From a virus (lineage: Duplodnaviria; Heunggongvirae; Uroviricota; Caudoviricetes), in the IMG/VR virus record IMGVR_UViG_3300012942_000037, positions 13,245 to 77,244 of that record: a stretch of DNA of 64,000 bases; one strand, written 5' to 3'. Shown here one piece after another: positions 57,380-64,000 of the stretch (position 1 is the first letter of the stretch; each line of letters starts with the position of its first letter). The notes under the pieces are model-generated. The model had not been told where the DNA came from and made no database searches. It worked only from the letters and a program-made list of their open reading frames with translations. Position numbers and translations under genes: made by a program.

Positions 57380-57847
57380 TTGCGTTTTGGCCCTGATGAG
57401 CCTATTGGTGGATATCAGGATGTGGAGGAAGCATTGAAGGCATACGAGATCATAGAGGCAGGTGAAAAGCCCCGGCGCGGTTATCAGGCCTTTGAACTCT
57501 CCGAGGAATCAAGGAATCACCTGGCTGGAATCTTCCCTCCAAAGTTCCCTGAATTCATTGGTCATCACATCACATACGCTTTTGGAGTCATGTCTACCGA
57601 CCCACTGCCTGAGGCTTCTAACCTACAGGTCGTTGGTTATGCTTGTGATTCCAAGGGTATTGAGGCTCTTATTGTTTCAGTCGATGGTTCCACTGATCGA
57701 CCTGATGGCAAGACATTTCACATTACCTGGTCCTTGGATCGTTCGGCAGGTTTTAAGCCGGTCAATTCCAACGACCTTATTGCTAATAATGGTTGGAATC
57801 GAATACGCGGATCGATAAATATCACCGCTAAACCTAGGTTTTTCTAG
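57380..57847 (+). CDS. hypothetical protein
   Basis: 155-aa ORF that overlaps a second ORF in another frame; the choice of frame is tentative. Confidence 0.35.
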   Translation: MRFGPDEPIGGYQDVEEALKAYEIIEAGEKPRRGYQAFELSEESRNHLAGIFPPKFPEFIGHHITYAFGVMSTDPLPEASNLQVVGYACDSKGIEALIVSVDGSTDRPDGKTFHITWSLDRSAGFKPVNSNDLIANNGWNRIRGSINITAKPRFF

Positions 57848-57937
57848 GGGCATCAAGTCAAAGGGCGAAGCGGTTCTCCTAATCTCCCTTTTGGTTACGC
57901 TTATCGCACGGCGCGATCTTTTGATTAGGGGTATAGA

Positions 57938-58324
57938 ATGGCTAAGCTTCACAAGCACCTTATCGTTCACGCAGAAGTTGATCGTCCTCCGCTGAAGGAA
58001 GACGAGCGATTTGTTGAGCAATGGCTCACAGAGATTGTACACAATATGGGTATGGAAGTCCTCAAAGCGGCTTCTGCGGAATATTGTGAGCAACAGGGTA
58101 ATCGCGGCATGACCGCAATGGTCCTCATCACAACATCTCATATGGTCCTCCACACCTGGGATGAATGTGATCAGCCCTTCATCGAGTTTGATATCTATAC
58201 CTGTAGTGATCTTGACCCCGAAATGGCATTCAAAGCCCTCGAGGTCTTTGGTGCTAAGAACATCTCCTACAAGTTCATCGACCGCTACAATGGTCTGACT
58301 GATCTGGATGCTGGTAAGCGCTAA
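57938..58324 (+). CDS. S-adenosylmethionine decarboxylase proenzyme (SpeH-type, class 1)
   Basis: LITTSHMVLHTWDE parallels the ESHISIHTWPE self-processing motif. The 128-aa length fits. Confidence 0.65.
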   Translation: MAKLHKHLIVHAEVDRPPLKEDERFVEQWLTEIVHNMGMEVLKAASAEYCEQQGNRGMTAMVLITTSHMVLHTWDECDQPFIEFDIYTCSDLDPEMAFKALEVFGAKNISYKFIDRYNGLTDLDAGKR

Positions 58325-58401
58325 ATTGGGTTGTTTGATCTGATAAGTAGACAGTCCGCTTCGGCGGTCTTTATCACATCAGATATCCCTAGAGGCACTA
58401 T

Positions 58402-59637
58402 ATGGCATTCATTCTATTCATCTTTCTCATCGCAATGGCTATCAGCAGCGTTGCGGCTTACTTTTCTCTAGTTGGTATGGGTACGCTCTTTGCGGCTACC
58501 TTCTGGGGTGTCGTCATCATGGCTGGCACTCTGGAGGTGGGCAAGATTGTCGCCACCAAATGGGTTCACGCAAATTGGCACAACCCAAGAGCTCCATGGT
58601 ATTTCAGAGGTCTCTTCTGTATCTTCATCGCAGCTCTTATGATTATCACATCTCTGGGCATTTACGGTTACCTGAGCAAAGGTCATTTGGAACAGGCCGC
58701 TCCAATAGCCGGGCTGGAGATCCAAGCTAACCAACTTGAAGTTCAGATCCAGCAGAAGCAGACTGAGAATCAGCAACTTCAAACACGTTTGGATCAGATC
58801 AACCGTATCACCGATAAGAGTTTGGAACGGTCGGGTAGATCAGCTCTTTGGGCGGCATCTTCACAGAAGAAGGAAGCGGCCAGTATTCAGGAGCGCATCA
58901 ATACAAACTTTGGTGCTATCAACGCTTTGAATGCCAAGTTGGTGCCACTTAAGACACAAGGTGCTGAAGTTGAAGCCAAATTGGGGCCGGTCAAATATGT
59001 GGCCGAATTGTTCGGGTTGAAAGATCCAGAATACGCGGTTCGGATCGTTATTTGTATCATCATGGTGGCCTTTGACCCATTGGCTCTGAGTCTATTCATT
59101 GCTGGAAGCATCTCACTAGGTGATTGGCGTGAAGCTCGCATGGCCAAAGAAGGTCTTGGCGGCCGAGAGGCAATCATACCAGAGACTCTGGCCGATGAAC
59201 CGACCAATGTGGAAGTAACCCAACCAAGTGAGGAAGAGCTGACATCTGACCCATCGAATGATCAGGCGGCTTTTGAGCAATCACGTCAGGAATTCAACGA
59301 GGCTCGTGAGCAGTTGGAGCAAACTTTCATTCAGCAAGCGGCTGATCTGGATAAGCGCGAAGCCTTAATGGCGCAAGATCAAGAAACCCTCAAGTCTGCT
59401 CACCAACAGCTCTTGGATATGGAAGCCAGAATTACCGAAGAGCGTGAACTTCTGAAGCAGTGGGAGGATCAGCTGATCCAACAGCAGACTGTAATCAACA
59501 ATTGGGTTCCACCTTCTGAAGATACACGATCTGATAAGGAAAAGATCATCGAGATGCTTGAAAAGAATCCACAGGTTGTGAATGAGATTGTGAGCATTGT
59601 GGATGCTATGCGGCCACCTTCAAAGCCAGGTCTTTAA
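58402..59637 (+). CDS. membrane protein with a long coiled coil
   Basis: Several N-terminal TM helices are followed by a Q/E-rich coiled coil. Confidence 0.5.
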   Translation: MAFILFIFLIAMAISSVAAYFSLVGMGTLFAATFWGVVIMAGTLEVGKIVATKWVHANWHNPRAPWYFRGLFCIFIAALMIITSLGIYGYLSKGHLEQAAPIAGLEIQANQLEVQIQQKQTENQQLQTRLDQINRITDKSLERSGRSALWAASSQKKEAASIQERINTNFGAINALNAKLVPLKTQGAEVEAKLGPVKYVAELFGLKDPEYAVRIVICIIMVAFDPLALSLFIAGSISLGDWREARMAKEGLGGREAIIPETLADEPTNVEVTQPSEEELTSDPSNDQAAFEQSRQEFNEAREQLEQTFIQQAADLDKREALMAQDQETLKSAHQQLLDMEARITEERELLKQWEDQLIQQQTVINNWVPPSEDTRSDKEKIIEMLEKNPQVVNEIVSIVDAMRPPSKPGL

Positions 59638-59726
59638 TGCGAAAGGTGATTGAATGCTATACGATGTCTGGTGGTGGCGAGTATGCCTACCACTAAATAT
59701 CAGTAAGCAAAGACCGAGGTCGCATA

Positions 59727-60983
59727 ATGAGTGAAACCAAAAAGAATCTGAGCTGCTCTTTCTGTAGCAAAAGGCAGGAAGACGTTCAGAAGCTGATTGC
59801 TGGTCCAGATGTTTTCATCTGTAATGATTGCGTACAGCTTTGCGCTGATATACTCAAAGAAGATGATAACGGTGTTGCTTCTTTGGGTTTCAAAGATGGT
59901 ATTCCATCCCCTCGCCAAATTAAAGAGTTCCTTGATCAATACGTGATCGGCCAGGATGAAGCCAAGATGGTCATGGGTGTGGCAGTTCACAACCATTACA
60001 AGCGCTTGGCCAATCCAGTAGTTGATGATGTGGAGCTCGAGAAGTCCAACATTCTTTTACTGGGCCCAACTGGCTCGGGTAAGACCCTCATGGCTAGGTC
60101 GATTGCCAAGCTTCTTGATGTGCCTTTCACCATTGCTGATGCGACCAGCCTTACTGAGGCTGGTTATGTGGGTGATGATGTCGAGACCATTATTTCACGC
60201 CTTTTACAAGTCTGCGATAATGACATTTCGAAGGCTGAACGCGGCATCATCTACTTGGATGAGGTGGATAAGAAAGCAAAGCGTGGTGACTCAGCTAGTA
60301 TTAGCCGTGATGTCTCGGGCGAAGGCGTTCAACAAGCCCTACTGAAGATCATTGAGGGCAGTGAAGTTCGAGTTCCAGTCACGGGTAACCGCAAACATCC
60401 AAACGCCGAAATGGCCGTTGTGAATACCAAGAATATCCTCTTTATCGTCGGTGGTGCTTTTGTAGGTCTGGATGATATCGTGGCAAAGCGTCTTAACAAG
60501 GGTAAGAGTGGCATTGGCTTCGGTGCTTCTATTCAGATGGCCGAAGATTCAAAGAAAGCAGCCAGTGAAGCATTGCTCAAGATGGTTGAACCTGAAGACC
60601 TGACCAAATTTGGTCTCATTCCTGAACTAGTTGGTCGCTTACCAGTCATTACCAATCTGGAAGAGCTGGATCAGGAGCAAATGGTAAAAGTACTGACTGA
60701 GCCAAAGAATGCTCTTGTGAAGCAATTCCAGAAGCAATTCCAACTAGCCGGTGTTGATTTGGAATTTGACGATGAGGCCCTCAAAGCTATTGCCAAGAAT
60801 GCTATCACACGGAAGACCGGGGCGAGAGGTCTTAGGAGCGTGATTGAGAAGCGATTGATCAAGGTCCAATTTGATCTTCCTGATCTCAAGGCTCAAGGGG
60901 CTCACGCGGTTCGAGTAAGCCAGGATGTAATCGATGGCTCGGCTGAACCACTAGTGGTTTATGAAAAGGCTGCTAATGAATGA
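59727..60983 (+). CDS. clpX: ATP-dependent protease ATPase subunit ClpX
   Basis: N-terminal C4 zinc finger (CSFCSKRQEDV...FICNDC), the IGF-loop-containing AAA+ domain, and Walker A LLLGPTGSGKT. Length is 418 aa. Confidence 0.9.
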   Translation: MSETKKNLSCSFCSKRQEDVQKLIAGPDVFICNDCVQLCADILKEDDNGVASLGFKDGIPSPRQIKEFLDQYVIGQDEAKMVMGVAVHNHYKRLANPVVDDVELEKSNILLLGPTGSGKTLMARSIAKLLDVPFTIADATSLTEAGYVGDDVETIISRLLQVCDNDISKAERGIIYLDEVDKKAKRGDSASISRDVSGEGVQQALLKIIEGSEVRVPVTGNRKHPNAEMAVVNTKNILFIVGGAFVGLDDIVAKRLNKGKSGIGFGASIQMAEDSKKAASEALLKMVEPEDLTKFGLIPELVGRLPVITNLEELDQEQMVKVLTEPKNALVKQFQKQFQLAGVDLEFDDEALKAIAKNAITRKTGARGLRSVIEKRLIKVQFDLPDLKAQGAHAVRVSQDVIDGSAEPLVVYEKAANE

Positions 60984-61043
60984 TTGACACCAAAGAGACC
61001 CGTGTTAATCTTCCATCTACCTAAAAGAAAGGAACTACTGTCT

Positions 61044-61562
61044 GTGAATTCTAATTATGCGGTGAACGACCAAATCCGAGCCAAGGAGGTCCGACTCATC
61101 GCTGACAATGGCGAGCAAGTTGGCATCATCTCTACTTTGGAAGCTCGTCGCCGCGCACATGATGCGGGCTTGGATCTAGTAGCCATTAACATCAACAATG
61201 GCGTGCCGATCTGTAAGATCCTCGATTATGGTAAGTTCAAATACGACCAGAGTCGTAAGGATCGCGAGAACGCGAAGAAGAATCGCGAATCTCGAGTAGA
61301 ACTCAAAGAGATCCAGCTACGCCCGACCACAGACAGTAATGATATCGCGATCAAGGCAAAACGCGCCCAAGGCTTCCTCGAGGATGGCAACAAGGTCGAA
61401 GTCATCCTGAAATTCAAAGGTCGTGAGATCACACACATGGATGTTGGTGCTCAGGTGATGAATACCTTCCTCGACGCTCTGGTTGATTACAAACTGGAAG
61501 CGCCGGTACGTCGCAGCGAACGGCAACTTTTTACAATCTTGGTGCCTCTACCCAAGAAGTAA
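61044..61562 (+). CDS. infC: translation initiation factor IF-3
   Basis: NDQIRAKEVRLIADNGEQVGIIS...GLDLV.I......PICKILDYGKFKYDQ...KEIQLRP...FKGREITH aligns along its length with E. coli IF3. I chose the in-frame GTG at 61044 as the start, since no in-frame ATG occurs near the expected N-terminus. Confidence 0.8.
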   Translation: MNSNYAVNDQIRAKEVRLIADNGEQVGIISTLEARRRAHDAGLDLVAININNGVPICKILDYGKFKYDQSRKDRENAKKNRESRVELKEIQLRPTTDSNDIAIKAKRAQGFLEDGNKVEVILKFKGREITHMDVGAQVMNTFLDALVDYKLEAPVRRSERQLFTILVPLPKK

Positions 61563-61935
61563 ATTCTAATCTACAATACGGAATCGTGATCACAAGGCTG
61601 CCTTGATCTGGTCACCAGTATTACTGTGGTCCAGGATGACAATCTGATTCATCCAACTACCCTGTTAAGATTCCTAAACAAACCGTCATAAAGCATCCGG
61701 CTTCCTAGGCTCTTGAATTCTATGACTTTATGGAGTTTGTAGGTTTGGTTCTGGAGATTATGTTGCGCCGCAGTAACTATTTCTTGTAACTTTTAGGCTT
61801 GTGTGGAATAAGCACTTAGCATAGCTTGATCAAACAGCACGACACAGTTGAGGGGGTGACGGGTTGTAAGGTCGTAGCAGGGTCGCACCAGCAACCGCCT
61901 TTACCTAGAAAATATCATATAGGAGCGAGGGCTCG

Positions 61936-62319
61936 ATGGGTGTCGTGCGTTTATTCAGTCAGCAAGATACTGACGGATCTTCATCCAATTTGCCAGTGAA
62001 TGATGATTCTGAGTCGGCTCAAATCATCAATTTGGCGTCACATCCAAAGGCATCCAAGGGGCTTTCATCTAAAGCAGTATATCGCCAGATGCGAACTATG
62101 CTTGCCGCACAAGGAGTTGATTTTTCGTGTGGCAAGACCCAGAAGGACTTCAAGATTATCACCTACCTGGTTCAGGGTATCTTTGATAGACAGGACGGGG
62201 TCGTTATGTCAGAAGGATCACTTCTTGGAGAAACCTTGCGTTTCGTATTTGAAGGGGATGGTGATAACGATGTCAGAGAAACCAATGAGCTCTTTGGCGA
62301 CCTGCTTAGTCAGCTGTAG
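61936..62319 (+). CDS. hypothetical acidic protein
   Basis: AGGAG ribosome-binding site; I prefer this frame over the overlapping 62000..62482 frame. Confidence 0.4.
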   Translation: MGVVRLFSQQDTDGSSSNLPVNDDSESAQIINLASHPKASKGLSSKAVYRQMRTMLAAQGVDFSCGKTQKDFKIITYLVQGIFDRQDGVVMSEGSLLGETLRFVFEGDGDNDVRETNELFGDLLSQL

Positions 62320-62691
62320 CGAAACCCAAAAGAGCCAGAAGGCTGATATCCTCAAGAGGAGTGACAAGATGATTCGAGTCGCCCTCCAGGGAACCAGCAT
62401 TGTATTCAATCTTACCCGGACCGACACTCGCCGGCCCTATGTTGGAACACTACATGGCCTCGAGTTCACCACTAACGGCTGATGCCTCGCTATCACAGAA
62501 GCTCAAAGAAGCTCGTCATAAGGGTTGGCTCGCTGGTGTTGCTCTGCGCCTAGGCTGTGGTGGAGCACCGCGCAATCCTTACCACAGGGAGTCTGAGGAG
62601 TATTTTCATTGGGAGGTGGGTTTCGAGGAAGGCCTGGCTGGTTGACTTACTGGCTTCCTATGTTAGCTTGATTGAAACATAGGAGATTGAC

Positions 62692-63453
62692 TTGAAACTG
62701 CTTCTACAGCTGGACCTCACTCCGATCGTGGAATCCATCCTTAAGGGTGATTTCCCGGACGACAATCTAGAGCCAGATCAGCAAGTTTCTCTTATCAATG
62801 TAATCGCCGCTGAACTATCGCGGTTGGATCCTTATGGCCAGGGTGAGCAGATCATGGACGAGGTCAACAACTTCGCCCTTTGGCTTGGTGGTCAGCCAAA
62901 GGATCTACAAGTCTACGCTTGGCAATTGATCCGTCGAGTCAAGGGTATTGATGTCTTGGCCAATGATAAAACAGCCGTTCGCCTTCGGCCTCTTGAGGAT
63001 AAGATCTTCCAGGGCGAACCCTATGAAGCAGATACCTACCAGGATATCACCCATTTCGCATGGCCTAAGCAATTCCTAGATGGTTCTACGTTTGAGGAAC
63101 GGCTCGAGGTCTTGGCTGAAGACTTTGAGAGTGATGAGTCACCTGCTGATCTTCTGCTTAGTGGTGTGAGTGTTCCTGAGGATCTCGACTTTAATCAGCG
63201 CTTTCAGTTAGCACAGGATTGTATCCAGGATATTGTTTCGCAATATCAGCGGTATGGGAAGGCAACGATCATCACTGATGAGCGAATCGACCGGTTCTTT
63301 GGCTGGCTCCTTACGATTGAGGATGATATCGCTCTTTTCTCCATCCGTAGCCTATTGAGTATCAGCCGCGGCAAGGTGACTTGTAATCTTAAAAATTTGA
63401 AGAATTGGCACGAGGTATGTGATCGCTGGAGTGATATCATACCTAAGGTATAA
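62692..63453 (+). CDS. hypothetical protein
   Basis: It starts at a TTG with an AGGAG ribosome-binding site 7 nt upstream. About 253 aa. Confidence 0.4.
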   Translation: MKLLLQLDLTPIVESILKGDFPDDNLEPDQQVSLINVIAAELSRLDPYGQGEQIMDEVNNFALWLGGQPKDLQVYAWQLIRRVKGIDVLANDKTAVRLRPLEDKIFQGEPYEADTYQDITHFAWPKQFLDGSTFEERLEVLAEDFESDESPADLLLSGVSVPEDLDFNQRFQLAQDCIQDIVSQYQRYGKATIITDERIDRFFGWLLTIEDDIALFSIRSLLSISRGKVTCNLKNLKNWHEVCDRWSDIIPKV

Positions 63454-63454
63454 T

Positions 63455-63940
63455 TGACTTCCAATAACCAGGTACGTTATTCAGAAGGTCACTGCCTTAA
63501 ATAGGCGATCAACATCCTAGCATTACCTAAACCTTGTCCGGAAGAAGACGGAATGGTAGCGGCTAGGCGCAAACTGGCATCTCCATTACGGAGACCCTTA
63601 GGGGCGACACACCAGTATAAACAGAGGCCGCAGGAAGTAGGGCGGCAAGGTGTTCCGAGAGGCAACCAGGGGTGTAAAGTGGCTTTCCCCTTGGCTCTGG
63701 CTCTTAGTAGGAGGGCGAGGAAGCGTGTCTGTCGATACCTCGCCAGCCGGCCAGCCGCAACTTGGAATGTGATTGGTTCGGTACCGTCATATTCGAGATT
63801 CTATCTTTTACACCGACAGGATGACCCCGGTGCTGATCGTAAGATCAGTGGTAGTTCCAAGTCTTTGCGCGACAACCTCTAACAGCAAGGCCAATCTCCC
63901 CTAGACCTAATTCATTTGAGTTGGGTCTGGGGGAGAAATG
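63455..63940. other. structured, apparently non-coding region
   Basis: It contains many stable local hairpins, including GGCGAGG..CCUCGCC, CCAGGGG..CCCCUUGG and UCUCCCCUAGACC..GGGUCUGGGGGAGA. The only ORF across it is rich in R/G/A and of poor quality. Confidence 0.3.
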
Positions 63941-64000
63941 TCTATGGCTCCTACCTACAGCAAGTTCATCAACTTCGCTCAGTCGCTTCGCTCAGTCGCT

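Noticed and set aside
57462-57818. Alternative frame overlapping the ORF at 57380
   Set aside because: It is a Leu/Ser/Arg-rich off-frame product, and the 57380 frame has the more protein-like composition. Both remain low-confidence.
62000-62482. 160-aa ORF overlapping the 61936 gene in another frame
   Set aside because: Its Arg/Cys/Ser-rich composition is typical of an off-frame translation. The 61936 frame has a ribosome-binding site and protein-like composition.
63530-63600. GUCCGGAAG...AGCGG resembling SRP-RNA domain IV
   Set aside because: The flanking stem does not pair around a GGAA tetraloop, and the partner strand expected for helix 8 is absent. I could not support an SRP RNA call.
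1-64000. tRNA genes
   Set aside because: I scanned the intergenic regions by eye for cloverleaf-compatible GTTCGA-type T-arms and found none convincing. A tRNAscan-SE or ARAGORN run is needed before excluding them.

Overview
The window reads as a dense stretch of a large, T4-like virulent phage genome (about 48-50% GC), with several host-like auxiliary genes. I recognise a replication and nucleotide-metabolism core: a gp61-like primase, a DnaB/gp41-like helicase, class Ia RNR NrdA/NrdB plus a glutaredoxin, and a two-subunit type II topoisomerase (gp39/60-like and gp52-like). It also carries an RNA-ligase-like enzyme, a PD-(D/E)XK nuclease, and HNH and GIY-YIG endonucleases. A heptamer CTAAATA recurs 28-45 nt upstream of many start codons and looks like a T4-type late promoter (findings).

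The accessory content is the unusual part:
(i) a circularly permuted two-piece tmRNA gene with its own sigma70-like promoter and a tag reading frame ANDNTVEVALAA, sitting among a translation-related set (IF3, a bL12 C-terminal-domain protein, a CCA-adding enzyme, ClpX);
(ii) a CckA-like PAS/hybrid histidine kinase, a stand-alone receiver domain and a 5x-PAS sensor protein, i.e. a phage-borne phosphorelay;
(iii) an NfeD - flotillin(SPFH) - XpaC-like - TelA-like membrane module, followed by a secreted SNase-like nuclease and a NADAR-domain protein;
(iv) a family of about 18 small paralogous proteins (60-140 aa) with a shared central W-C-x-x-[HN]-C element and a conserved C-terminal D-A-[ML]-[ML]-F-K-L-[AT]-W-G-G motif. 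They are organised as translationally coupled tandem arrays, 13 of them wedged between the two topoisomerase II subunit genes beside a GIY-YIG endonuclease. I cannot place this family in any characterised family, and it is my best candidate for an undescribed system.

Other calls include a PAAR-like tail-tip protein fused to a SleB-type cell-wall hydrolase, a second secreted SleB-like hydrolase, Ig-like repeat structural paralogs, S-adenosylmethionine decarboxylase and PTPS/QueD-like auxiliary metabolic genes. All calls rest on motif-level reading of the supplied translations and no searches were run.
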